DNA from: Nitrosopumilaceae archaeon
GTDB lineage: Archaea > Thermoproteota > Nitrososphaeria > Nitrososphaerales > Nitrosopumilaceae
Direction of reading: 5' to 3'
Length of the DNA: 64,000 bases
Assembly: GCA_965214835.1 (NCBI GenBank)
Contig: CBDCCK010000002.1
Location: 1,216,001-1,280,000 of the forward strand
The position numbers and the translations under genes were made by a program. The notes beneath the pieces were generated by a model. The model saw only the letters and a program-made list of their open reading frames with translations, ran no database searches and was not told the origin of the DNA. Each line of letters begins with the position of its first letter. Within the stretch, counting starts at the first letter, position 1. Of the stretch, positions 29,531-39,356 are shown one piece after another.

Positions 29531-29782
29531 GTGTTGTCAGTCAGTACGCCGGAGGACATCGAGAGGGAGTCAAGGAGGGCCATTGCGGCCCTGTACGGAA
29601 GCGTCAACGACTTTAGGGTCAACGAGACGTTTCAGATTCCCGAAAAGGGACCCAGGCAGGCATGGGATGTCCAGGTCAACTTTATGCTGGACTCGCTAAA
29701 GTACACCGTCGACCTTGAGATACAGGAGGAGACGGGACACATAACCAACGCCAGGCTGATTGATACGATGACCCCGCTCTGA
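29531..29782 (+). CDS. conserved hypothetical protein (PepSY-like)
   Basis: AWDVQVNF..YTVDLEIQEETGHI. Confidence 0.7.
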   Translation: MLSVSTPEDIERESRRAIAALYGSVNDFRVNETFQIPEKGPRQAWDVQVNFMLDSLKYTVDLEIQEETGHITNARLIDTMTPL

Positions 29783-29794
29783 CAGCTTTTGCGC

Positions 29795-30316
29795 TTACAG
29801 CGTCAGAATCTCCTTGGCCGTCTTTATCTTGGTGAACAGGTTGTTGATGTAGGTGTCAGCAAAGCGCTCAAAGCTTGGAACCCCGTGGAAGGTCTTGAGG
29901 TTGCTTTTCTGCTTCTGGTACTCCTCCTGGAGCCACGCAAAGTCCGACTCTTTGAGGTTGATGATGTGGTTCTGGGCATTGAGCTTGGACTCTAGAAGGT
30001 TGACGATAAAGTAGCTGACAAACCTTGTAAAGCACTTTATGCGGTATTTTTTTTCGTACTCTGCACCAAGCCTCTGGTGGTTCTCTGACAGCCAGGACTG
30101 CACGTCGGACCGTATCGTGATGGTGTTATAGTGGCCCGACAGGTCCAGCCTTATGTTGTGCAGCTCGATGGAATAGTACCCCTTCTTGACCTCGTTCATC
30201 ATTATGATAAGCGTGCTGGGCAGAAACATCCCGGGATAGTTCCTGTCGGTGACGTCCTGCAGCTTTTTGATTATAGCGGGCTTTAGACCGACCGTAGAGT
30301 ATCCCTTGCCTGGCAC
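29795..30316 (-). CDS. conserved thaumarchaeal hypothetical protein (possible ribbon-helix-helix repeats)
   Basis: Three short internal repeats (YSTVGLK / YNTITIR / IINLKE followed by helices). Confidence 0.7.
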   Translation of the reverse strand: MPGKGYSTVGLKPAIIKKLQDVTDRNYPGMFLPSTLIIMMNEVKKGYYSIELHNIRLDLSGHYNTITIRSDVQSWLSENHQRLGAEYEKKYRIKCFTRFVSYFIVNLLESKLNAQNHIINLKESDFAWLQEEYQKQKSNLKTFHGVPSFERFADTYINNLFTKIKTAKEILTL

Positions 30317-30888
30317 ACATAAAGGATGGACTTGATGCTTATAATATTTTCAGAGGCGATCCGGACTATTTCTTAAACTCCTTTACCAGCCTGGCTACCA
30401 CCCATACCGAACCCATGATCATGCATCCCATGCCGAGGCCGATGTAAAACGAGTCCTGATCCCCGGACTGGCTGAGTCCGACGCCGAGTATGATCAGGAT
30501 TACCGCAAACGCATATTGCTTGTCCACGGCCTGTATAGGGATTCCTGGATAGATAAGGTTTTGATGCCGTCACATGGGGGGATGCGCCTGCCGGCCCGGT
30601 ACCCTCCGTACCGGTATGCTGTGACCACATCTGCCATGCCATCAAAAACCCCATTTGGTAGGCGGCCCGGCATCCTCTGTACCGAGGCGCTGCGGTCACG
30701 GGATGAAAAAACCCTAGTCGCCTTGCAGGATCATGGCGGTACCCCGATTCCACCGGCAACCTCGTTTTATCTGCAAAATTTACATGAAATACTTGGTTAA
30801 ATGTACTATACGTACAAATTTTTGTTCATAAAACGTATTTTACCTGTTTTTTTCAATATTTATATAATTTTTTTAGGCTAGGAGATCG

Positions 30889-32481
30889 ATGGTGGAGATG
30901 GACGGCTTTGGCATTGCGGTTGCAGCGTTTATCGTCATTACGCTTGCAGTCGGAGTCTTTGCAGGCAAGCTGGTCAGAAACAGCGGAAAGCGCCTGATAG
31001 TTGCCGGAAAGAGCCTGCCGCTTGCCATGGTCGGCACCATGCTTGCCGCGCAGGCAGTAGACGGAAACTCGTCGCTTGGCAACGTGGCACTGGTCTTTGA
31101 GTTCGGGTTCTGGGCAGGGGCCGTCATTCCAATAGGCCTGGGCTCGTGCCTGCTGATTACTGCGGCATTTTACGCCAAGCCGCTAAACAAGATGACCATG
31201 ATTACACTGCCTGACTTTTACTTTAGAAGATTTGGAAACGGGGCCGAGGGGATATCTGGAAGCCTCATGATAATCAGCTTTTTGGTGCTCGTTGCAGGCA
31301 ACCTTGCCGCAAGCGGCTTTATCCTAGAGGTGGTCTTTGGAATAGACTATTTCTGGGGCATACTCATCTCCGCGCTGGTCGTAGTGGCGTATACCATAGC
31401 AGGCGGGCTGTTTGCATCGGCGTACACGAACCTGTTCCAGGTGTACCTTGCGATAGGGTCGTTCTGGGCCGGATTCCTGTTCTTTGCAGGCGGCTTTTCG
31501 GACGTCCCGTGGGACGTCATATACAACAACGCGCCGCCGGAGTTCCTGGATCTATCGGGGTTGTTTGATGTTGCCAACGGAGCACTGATCAACTGGGGCG
31601 CAATCTTTGCGCTTGGACTTGGCGACATCATCGCCCTTGACTTTATGGAGAGGGTGTTTTCTGCCAACAGCCCAAAGACCGCAAGAAGGGGGGCGCTGAT
31701 GGGCGGCGCGCTCACGCTGTTTACCGTGGTTCCCACCAGCATGCTGGGGATAGTGGCCTTTTACTACCTTCCAGGCGACACCATGCCTGATCTGGCGCTA
31801 CCGCTGCTGTCAACGGAGTTTATGCCCTTTGCGATAGGGGCTGCCATACTGATGGGGGTGATAGGGGCCTCGATGTCCACTGCAAGCGGGGGGCTCCTGG
31901 CCATATCAAGTGTCATCTCAAGAAACATGATGCAGCGAATAATCAGACGGCGGTGGATGGGAAAGCCGAGCTGGAGCGACAGCAGGCTGCTGGTTATGAC
32001 CCGCGTGGTGATTGCTCCCATGATGGTAGTGGGCGCGTCCATTGGCTACTTTGTGCCTGCCCCCGGAGTCTACCTTGTTCTGGCATTTGACATCATGTTT
32101 GCAGGGGCGTTTGCCCCGCTTACCTTCGGCCTGTTCTGGAAAAAGGCAAACATGCCTGCAGCCATTGCCTCGCTGCTGGTGGGTTCAGGTCTGAGGCTGG
32201 CGTTCTTCTTTACGATGCCTGAGGATCTGGCGGGGCTGGACACCATGATTCCGCCGGTGGTCTCGTTTGTCCTGTTCATTATAGTGGCACTGGCAACGCA
32301 GGACAGGTATCCCGGAAAGGCCCGACACGACGTGCGGGACTATGTACCGCCCGAGGAGGACATCATTACAGGCGAGGATCTGAAGCACTTCAAGGAGGGA
32401 GGCGAGTCCGTGTCTGGCCCAATGCACGACTCTGGCCCTCCGGGCTCCGACGAGGGCATTACAGAAAAGACTGCCGTATGA
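30889..32481 (+). CDS. sodium:solute symporter (SSS/SLC5 family)
   Basis: AGKSLP, TLPDFYFRRFG, YTIAGGL, ASMSTASG, FWKKAN; about 13 TM helices; AT-rich promoter upstream. Confidence 0.9.
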   Translation: MVEMDGFGIAVAAFIVITLAVGVFAGKLVRNSGKRLIVAGKSLPLAMVGTMLAAQAVDGNSSLGNVALVFEFGFWAGAVIPIGLGSCLLITAAFYAKPLNKMTMITLPDFYFRRFGNGAEGISGSLMIISFLVLVAGNLAASGFILEVVFGIDYFWGILISALVVVAYTIAGGLFASAYTNLFQVYLAIGSFWAGFLFFAGGFSDVPWDVIYNNAPPEFLDLSGLFDVANGALINWGAIFALGLGDIIALDFMERVFSANSPKTARRGALMGGALTLFTVVPTSMLGIVAFYYLPGDTMPDLALPLLSTEFMPFAIGAAILMGVIGASMSTASGGLLAISSVISRNMMQRIIRRRWMGKPSWSDSRLLVMTRVVIAPMMVVGASIGYFVPAPGVYLVLAFDIMFAGAFAPLTFGLFWKKANMPAAIASLLVGSGLRLAFFFTMPEDLAGLDTMIPPVVSFVLFIIVALATQDRYPGKARHDVRDYVPPEEDIITGEDLKHFKEGGESVSGPMHDSGPPGSDEGITEKTAV

Positions 32482-32555
32482 GGAGAACGGTGCAGCATGC
32501 CGTTCTGAAAACAGGCTGACCTCAACATGTTTTAATATTTCAGAACAGAAACAAT

Positions 32556-34247
32556 GTGGTGAGGTACCCCGATCTGCTCAACGCCAACGTCTCGCGCGTG
32601 GGGCTGCAAGAGTCACAAAGATACAACCTGGTATCAGGACAGCTTGTCGCAGACATCGTCAGTACGTCGCTTGGTCCGCGCGGCATGGAAAAGATGTACA
32701 TCGACATACTCGGGGAGGACACGCTGACGGGCCACGGCGGAGCATTTTTGAGAAAGATTGACGTAGACCACCCGGCGGCAAAGGCAGTAATAGAGGCGGT
32801 AAACACCGTCGATACCCACGTGGGCGACGGTACGACGTCGGCTGCAGTCCTCATAGGGGCCCTGCTGAAGCGGGCCGAGGGACTGCTAAAGAGGGGAATT
32901 CCTACGGCTGCAGTCGTACGCGGCTACGAGATGGGTCTGAATCTTGCGCTTGAGGCGCTAGGGGAGATAGAGATGGCATCAGACAGGGGGGATCGGGAGG
33001 TGATGAGGAGGCTGCTTGCCACATGCCTTGAGGGAAAGGCAATCTTTGAGCTGCAAGAGGAGGCCGACGTCATCGGGATTATCATGGATGCGGTGTGCTC
33101 GGTGGCATGCCTGAAGACCGGAAGGATTGACGTCGATGACATCAAGATAGAGGAAAAGCCGGGAAACGCAGCCGACCTGCAGCTGATCAGGGGCACCGTA
33201 ATTGACAAGACACTGGACGGCCCTGCAATGACTAGGGACGTACAAGACGCAAAAATCCTGCTGGTCAACGAGCCGCTAGAGCCGATGCGGGCAAAGGCAG
33301 AGTCCGAGATCGAGATAACGTCGCCTGAGCAGATGGGCAGGTTTCTTGGACAGGAGGACGCAGATCTGCTGGCGGCGGCGACAAGCATCGCAGACTCGGG
33401 GGCCGACATAGTCATATCAAGAAAGGGCGTAAGCGAGCTGGTCCAAGAATCTCTTGCAAAGAAGGGAATAGTATCGATGAGGAGGGTAAAGTACAACGAC
33501 CTGTGGTGGCTTGAAAAGGCAACGGGGGCAAGGACATGCAGGGACATTGAGAACATATCCCCCGACGAGCTTGGATTTGCAAGGCGGGTTTACGAGAGGA
33601 ACGTGGGCGGTGACAGGATGGTCTTTGTAGAGGCAGGCGGCAGCCCAAAGTCTGTGACCCTGCTGCTGCGTGCAGGCTCAAAGCGGTACCTTGACGAGTT
33701 TCACAGAAACGCCCTCAATGCGTTTTACGTGCTGAGGAACTTCATCGAGAACCCGCGCATCGTTTGCGGGGCAGGTGCCTCTGAGATGATAATATCCAGA
33801 AGAATCAAGGAGGCGGCAGCAGCGGTTGCAGGCAGGGAGCAGATCGTCATTGGGGGGTTTGCAGACGCCCTAGAACAGATACCGCTGACGCTGGCGCAAA
33901 ACATAGGGATGGACGTGCTCGATGCCGGGACGCTGCTACGCGCAAGGCACGCGGCACCGGGCGGCGGGGTAAGGTGGTACGGGGTGGACTCGGCTGCCCG
34001 GAGGATATCTGACATGTCGTCGTCGGGGATAATAGAGACATCAGACGTAAAGCGGCAGGTCTTCAAGACCGCAGTGGAGGCTGCCAACATGATACTAAAC
34101 GTGGATGATGTCTTTGTGAAGGACATTATCGACAATACGCACTGCCACATAGACGGAACCGTACACGCCCACCGTGACGGCGGAAAGGCCCACAACCACT
34201 TTGAGCAGGAGGGGCTGGAGCAGAGGCAGATGCACCACTACTACTAG
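32556..34247 (+). CDS. divergent group II chaperonin (thermosome paralogue) with His-rich C-terminal tail
   Basis: SLGPRGMEK, HPAAK, GDGTT; tail HCHIDGTVHAH..AHNH..HHYY. Confidence 0.9.
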   Translation: MVRYPDLLNANVSRVGLQESQRYNLVSGQLVADIVSTSLGPRGMEKMYIDILGEDTLTGHGGAFLRKIDVDHPAAKAVIEAVNTVDTHVGDGTTSAAVLIGALLKRAEGLLKRGIPTAAVVRGYEMGLNLALEALGEIEMASDRGDREVMRRLLATCLEGKAIFELQEEADVIGIIMDAVCSVACLKTGRIDVDDIKIEEKPGNAADLQLIRGTVIDKTLDGPAMTRDVQDAKILLVNEPLEPMRAKAESEIEITSPEQMGRFLGQEDADLLAAATSIADSGADIVISRKGVSELVQESLAKKGIVSMRRVKYNDLWWLEKATGARTCRDIENISPDELGFARRVYERNVGGDRMVFVEAGGSPKSVTLLLRAGSKRYLDEFHRNALNAFYVLRNFIENPRIVCGAGASEMIISRRIKEAAAAVAGREQIVIGGFADALEQIPLTLAQNIGMDVLDAGTLLRARHAAPGGGVRWYGVDSAARRISDMSSSGIIETSDVKRQVFKTAVEAANMILNVDDVFVKDIIDNTHCHIDGTVHAHRDGGKAHNHFEQEGLEQRQMHHYY

Positions 34248-34298
34248 GCTCAAGACCATGCCGTATTGCAACGAGAAAGGCAGAACTGTACGCACTAC

Positions 34299-34446
34299 GC
34301 AAAGCGGTAGATCTGCGAGTCCGCCGTCCCGAAAGCCTTGTATGTGAGTTCCAAGCTTGCCCTCAACAGGGTGTAATGGCAGGTTATAGCTTCGTCCATC
34401 TCTGCACTCTTGCTGTAGTCTGATTTTTACTTGGCTTTTCTAGGCC
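34299..34446 (-). pseudogene. relic of ClpP/SDH-type protease (paralogous to 43446-44600)
   Basis: Reverse complement aligns with ~44200-44355 (gtaaaaatc..gactacagcaaga..; tacaag..ttcg.gacggc.gactcgcagat.taccgct). Confidence 0.7.
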
Positions 34447-34639
34447 ATCTATCTTGGACCTTGTGTGCAGTCGTTGCAAACCAAAAAATCAGGCAGCCTT
34501 TACGTCATTTTTGGCAAATACGTACAAGGTCTGTTGGGGGCCTGAACCCGCTGTGGATTGCACTCCCTCCCGATCCATCCACCTCAAGTCATAAAGGCCC
34601 AATTAAATCAGGTCTATCCATCGCGGTGGGGGCGGGGCC

Positions 34640-34875
34640 ATGGGTGATGCCGTAACAAAGGCGTGGGGCGGCACAAGGTGCTGCTTGGGGGCCCAGACGT
34701 AAAGCGGTGGTGCGACAACCTCGCAAGGGACAGCGTGGCGACCGCCGAGGTCAGGATGCACAGGCTCGGCGTCTACTGCGGAAGGGCCGGCACCACGCCG
34801 AGTGGCCTCGCAGGCCGGAATCGATGACGTAGGGAAGGTCGAGGATCTGTTGACGGACTATGCATCACTTCATGA
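34640..34875 (+). pseudogene. tyrosine integrase N-terminal relic
   Basis: GRHKVLL..PDVKRWCDNLARDSVATAEVRMHRL..TTP..VEDLL matches the N-terminus of 54983-56427. Confidence 0.75.
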
Positions 34876-34909
34876 TGGCAGGAGACGCGTGCCCTCGTAT
34901 ATAGGAGGC

Positions 34910-35098
34910 GTGGTGCGCATGCCAAAAAACGGTTCATAGTTTTGACATATCGTGACTATTTCGGCAAAAAATGATCGTACGAGGTCACGTCCCCTTGCCG
35001 GCATGCACTAAAACCATAGTTATGCATACTAATTCGTGCCTGACTGGTAGAGGCAGGTGGCCTCGTGCAAACGATCCATTTTCAACTGCACACACTAG
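34910..35098 (-). mobile_element. MITE family D interrupted by MITE A
   Basis: After removing 34977-35076 the sequence is the reverse complement of 26801-26891. Confidence 0.75.
34977..35068. mobile_element. MITE family A
   Basis: gtacgaggtcac...ggcctcgtgc; target duplication aaatgatc/aaacgatc. Confidence 0.85.
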
Positions 35099-35155
35099 GA
35101 GGTGATCTCGTACTTGTGATTTAGAATATTTATACAAGCTAGGCGGATCTCAACC

Positions 35156-36679
35156 ATGGCAAAAGTGGAGCAGATCAGGCCAATCAGGACCGGGAACGAA
35201 TACATTGAAAGCCTTCGAAACAGGGATCTCAAGGTATACCTGTTTGGGGAACTCGTAAAGGAGCCCGTCGATCACCCGATGATTCGGCCGTCAATTAACG
35301 CAGTAGCCGAGACCTATGACCTTGCGGTAAGGGAGGAGGATCTTGCATCTGCAGAGTCGTCAATCACCGGACTACGGGTAAACAGGTTCCTGCACATTGC
35401 AGAAAGCGCAGAGGATCTGGTCCTGCAAAACAAGATGCAAAGAAAGCTGGGACAGAACACCGGCACCTGCTTCCAGAGGTGCGTCGGAATGGACGCAATG
35501 AACGCGCTGCACTCTACGACTTTTGAAATCGATGAAAAACACGGAACAAAATACCACCAGCGATTCCTAGAATTCGTCAGGATGGTCCAAAGCGAGAACT
35601 TGGTCATCGGCGGGGCCATGACCGATCCAAAGGGCGACCGGAGCAAGGGTCCTGCCGAGCAGGAGGATCCCGACCTGTTTACCCGCGTCGTCGACCGGGA
35701 CGACAGAGGAATCTACGTCTCCGGCGCAAAGGCGCACCAGACCGGATGTATCAACTCCCACTGGATTATAATAATGCCGACAATCCGGCTGACCGAAGGC
35801 GACCGGGACTGGGCGATAGTCGGCGCATTTCCGGCCGATGCCAAGGGACTGACCTACATCTACGGACGCCAGTCGTGTGATACCAGAAGCATGGAGGAGG
35901 GCGACATTGACGCAGGAAACGCAAAGTTCGGAGGCCAAGAGGCGCTGATCGTCCTGGACAGGGTGTTCATCCCGTGGGAGAGGGTCTTCATGCACGGCGA
36001 ATACGAGTTTGCCTCGATGCTCGTCGAGCGGTTTACCTGCTATCACCGGCGCAGCTATGTGTGCAAGACCGGGCTCGGCGACGTGCTGATTGGGGCGGCG
36101 GCCACCATTGCAGACTATAACGGGATTCCAAAGGTGTCGCACATCAAGGACAAGATTATCGAGATGACCCATCTCAACGAGACCATCTTTGCAGCAGGAA
36201 TCGCATCATCGCACCAGGGACACAAGATGAAGTCCGGCGTGTATCTCAACGACGACATGCTGGCACAGGTCTGCAAGCACAACGTTACAAGGTTCCCGTA
36301 TGAGATCAGCAGACTGGCCCAGGACATTGCAGGCGGACTGGTGGTGACGCTTCCCTCCGAGCAGGACTTTAGGCATCCCGAGGCCGGTCCGCTGCTTGAA
36401 AAATACCTGGCCGGACGAAAGGGGGCAGATGTTGAGAACCGGGTGAGAATCCTGAGGCTGATTGAAAACATGACGCTTGGTAGAAACGCGGTGGGATACC
36501 TTACAGAGTCCATGCACGGCGCAGGCTCCCCACAGGCGCAAAGGATCCAGATACAGAGGCAGATGCAGATAGGATACAAAAAGAACCTTGCAAAGGCCCT
36601 GGCTGGAATCACAAACGATCCAGACGAGTCTGCCGAGTCCTCCGAATACTTTGGCAGGATCTTTAAAACTAAAGGGTAG
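35156..36679 (+). CDS. abfD: 4-hydroxybutyryl-CoA dehydratase / vinylacetyl-CoA isomerase
   Basis: TCFQRCVGMDA, MTDPKGDR, YHRRSYVCK, HGAGSPQAQ. Confidence 0.95.
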   Translation: MAKVEQIRPIRTGNEYIESLRNRDLKVYLFGELVKEPVDHPMIRPSINAVAETYDLAVREEDLASAESSITGLRVNRFLHIAESAEDLVLQNKMQRKLGQNTGTCFQRCVGMDAMNALHSTTFEIDEKHGTKYHQRFLEFVRMVQSENLVIGGAMTDPKGDRSKGPAEQEDPDLFTRVVDRDDRGIYVSGAKAHQTGCINSHWIIIMPTIRLTEGDRDWAIVGAFPADAKGLTYIYGRQSCDTRSMEEGDIDAGNAKFGGQEALIVLDRVFIPWERVFMHGEYEFASMLVERFTCYHRRSYVCKTGLGDVLIGAAATIADYNGIPKVSHIKDKIIEMTHLNETIFAAGIASSHQGHKMKSGVYLNDDMLAQVCKHNVTRFPYEISRLAQDIAGGLVVTLPSEQDFRHPEAGPLLEKYLAGRKGADVENRVRILRLIENMTLGRNAVGYLTESMHGAGSPQAQRIQIQRQMQIGYKKNLAKALAGITNDPDESAESSEYFGRIFKTKG

Positions 36680-36681
36680 CC

Positions 36682-37383
36682 TTACCCCTTTTTGTCCCCA
36701 CTTTCGGATTCCGGCCCGTCCGTACCGGACTCGGAGCTGTTCCCTGCATGCGGCCCGTCACCTGAGGCTGTTTTTTCAGAGTGTTCAGAGTCCTTTGGTA
36801 TGCCGTCGGTGGGGAGCTCTGCCGGGCCGTCGTTTTTTGCCCCGGTTGAATAGTATCCTGGAGGCACCTCCTTCTTCCTTGCCACCTGCCTGACTATCAT
36901 TATCCCCACTATGATTGCAATTATGATATAGTTTAGGGGAATCCCGCCTATCTGTGTTGCAAAGATTTTCGTGACAAGACCCACCTGGGGTATGACGTAT
37001 ACTACCGTTCCGATGTATTCCTCTGCCGTAATTGGAAAGTCCGTGCCTGGAATCGATGCCGGATTTGCATCTCCCTGGGTCCTCACCGTGTATGGGTCGT
37101 CATCCACTATTGCGACAACCCTGTGCACGATCACCCTGTCATGTCCAGTGGGCCTGTCAAAGACAATAATGTCCCCTTCCTCCACCTCCTCGAACGGATC
37201 ATTTCCCTGCACGACTATGACGTCATATATCTGCAGCTCCGGAACCATGCTCCCGCTGGACACCACATAGAATGGATTCTGCGTCCCAAATACCGTGGTC
37301 AGTCCCACCCAGATGGCCGCGACCCCTATTGCCACTATGACGACATCCTTTATGATTGCCCTTGATTTAGAACCGGAAGCCAA
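36682..37383 (-). CDS. signal peptidase I (archaeal Sec11 type)
   Basis: VSSGSMVP, IVHRV, TQGDAN. Confidence 0.9.
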   Translation of the reverse strand: MASGSKSRAIIKDVVIVAIGVAAIWVGLTTVFGTQNPFYVVSSGSMVPELQIYDVIVVQGNDPFEEVEEGDIIVFDRPTGHDRVIVHRVVAIVDDDPYTVRTQGDANPASIPGTDFPITAEEYIGTVVYVIPQVGLVTKIFATQIGGIPLNYIIIAIIVGIMIVRQVARKKEVPPGYYSTGAKNDGPAELPTDGIPKDSEHSEKTASGDGPHAGNSSESGTDGPESESGDKKG

Positions 37384-37409
37384 GTCTATTCACAGACTAT
37401 CCTGTCACG

Positions 37410-38189
37410 CTATATCTTGCTGCCGCATTCTTCACAGAACTTGGCATCTGGCTTGTTGGAGAATCCACAATCCGGACACCTTCCCGGCTCGCTTGCAGGT
37501 GGCTGCGGCGTTTGTGCATCTCCCAGCAAAACAACCTCTCCTACCGTCTTTACCTTGCTCCATGGAACCGAAACCTCGGTTCCATCATCTCTGGCAATCA
37601 CCATAACTACAGTCTGTGCAGAGTCTACTCCGACCTGCTTTGCGGTTCCAAGTTTTCTGGCGTTCTCGTCAAATACCACCATGCCTTCGATGGAGTTCAC
37701 AGACGCATCTGCCGGCTTTTTTGTAGAATCCACTTGGGCATGCTGTTCTTGGACTATCGGTTCTGGCGCGGATTCTTGTGTCTGATGCTCTGTCTGGGCT
37801 TTGTGCACCTGTTCTGTCTTGACGCCTTCTGCCTGGATCGGTTTGGCCAAGCCGATACCCTGCCCATCATCTGATTTTTTAAATTCTCTGTATTCTGCTA
37901 TTGTGGAATTACAGGTGCTGCAAACGTACTTGCCCTTCTCGACTAGTACGAGGTTCTCTGCCACCTCCTCGTTTGGAGATTCGTAGCTAATCTTTGGCGG
38001 GCCTTCGAACTCCCTTTCACATGTGTTGCAAAAGTGCTTTGAAATTTTTTCAGGATCAATGCGTCCGACCGGGGCCAGGAACAGATCCGGGCCTCCCAGG
38101 TTCCCCCTTGCCTGCTGCTGGTCGGAAATCTGGGCCATGATGTAGCCTCCGGAACCGCGCAGCTTCTTTAGTCTCAACTCGGAGCTCAT
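37410..38189 (-). CDS. PRC-barrel and zinc-ribbon protein
   Basis: CNTC/CSTC, PRC-barrel (IEGMVVFD..VPWSKVKTVGEVVLL), C-terminal CPDCG..FCEECG. Confidence 0.8.
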   Translation of the reverse strand: MSSELRLKKLRGSGGYIMAQISDQQQARGNLGGPDLFLAPVGRIDPEKISKHFCNTCEREFEGPPKISYESPNEEVAENLVLVEKGKYVCSTCNSTIAEYREFKKSDDGQGIGLAKPIQAEGVKTEQVHKAQTEHQTQESAPEPIVQEQHAQVDSTKKPADASVNSIEGMVVFDENARKLGTAKQVGVDSAQTVVMVIARDDGTEVSVPWSKVKTVGEVVLLGDAQTPQPPASEPGRCPDCGFSNKPDAKFCEECGSKI

Positions 38190-38388
38190 GTGTGAAATCT
38201 TGTCTTAGGTCATTTAAGTATATTTCAAACAGGCCGGATTTCGGGGGATCCTGACTCTGGCCGAGTCAGACGTGCCTTACGAGGCGCTTGCCCCGTTTGC
38301 AGTTTTGCCGGATCTGATCCAGGCCAGTGCATTTCGCTTGTCTGGACTCGTTTAAACATATTTAGGTATGAATCCACCACCACCACTT

Positions 38389-38715
38389 ATGGCCGTATCA
38401 CACGTATCGGATGCAAAAACCTGGGAAACCGACGTCATCAATTCCAGCGTTCCTGTATTTGTGGACTTTTGGGCAGAATGGTGTGGTCCCTGCAGGATGG
38501 TCGGACCAGTCATTGAAGAGCTGGCAAATGACTATGATGGCAAGATAAAATTTGTCAAGGTTAATGTCGATGAGGCAAACGAGCTGGCCTCCAAATACAA
38601 CGTATTTAGCATCCCGACCTTGGTTGTTATCAAAAATGGCGAGATAGTCAGCCAGCAGGTGGGGGCTGCATCCAAGGAATCCTATCAGGGAATGATAGAC
38701 AGGGCACTGGCATAG
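38389..38715 (+). CDS. trxA: thioredoxin
   Basis: DFWAEWCGPC, SIPT. Confidence 0.95.
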   Translation: MAVSHVSDAKTWETDVINSSVPVFVDFWAEWCGPCRMVGPVIEELANDYDGKIKFVKVNVDEANELASKYNVFSIPTLVVIKNGEIVSQQVGAASKESYQGMIDRALA

Positions 38716-38810
38716 ACCACCTCCTCTTTTTACTATTTTATGCTCAAAGTCGTTAGCTGGGCCGAATTCCACATCTAAAGTAATTAATATCACAGAATCG
38801 GACTTGGGTC

Positions 38811-39356
38811 ATGTATAACGCAGGTGGATCAGTTGACACGCTCAACATGCTGTTTGACAAGCTTGACGCCCTCTTCAACGAGTCCCAGGGCTACTATGAG
38901 ACATTTCTGGATACAAACAATCTGTACAAGCAGGGGAAGATCTCTGACAAGGAATTCTTCCAAAAACTGGGAGACTATGTGGTTGCATACTCCGCACTGG
39001 AGTTTCTTGCAATCAAGGTGCTCTTTGAGGTCAAAAAGTCCTTGGGCTCGGGTGGCGGACAAACACAGTCTCCCGGACTGATGCCCGGCATGGGACAGCC
39101 CGGCATGATGGGAGATCCCGGGGGCATGGCACCGCCGAGGGCCGGGACGCCTGAGAATCCGGTGGGCGGCCCGCCCGGAATCGTTTCTGCCGACCGGGGC
39201 TTTGGCGAGCCCGGAACCCTGCCGACCCCTGATCCGGGCCTGATGCCGAGAAGACCTGCAGCGACTCCCTCTGGAGATGGATGCAGCGCGTGCGGTGCAG
39301 AGCTCAGACCAAACGCCAAGTTCTGCACAAAGTGCGGAAATAAGATCCAGAGCTAG
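38811..39356 (+). CDS. zinc-ribbon domain protein with Pro/Gly-rich linker
   Basis: C-terminal CSACG..AKFCTKCG. Confidence 0.8.
   Translation: MYNAGGSVDTLNMLFDKLDALFNESQGYYETFLDTNNLYKQGKISDKEFFQKLGDYVVAYSALEFLAIKVLFEVKKSLGSGGGQTQSPGLMPGMGQPGMMGDPGGMAPPRAGTPENPVGGPPGIVSADRGFGEPGTLPTPDPGLMPRRPAATPSGDGCSACGAELRPNAKFCTKCGNKIQS

Noticed and set aside
30373-30800. Overlapping ORFs in the gap before the symporter
   Set aside because: No family motif and atypical composition; probably decayed DNA
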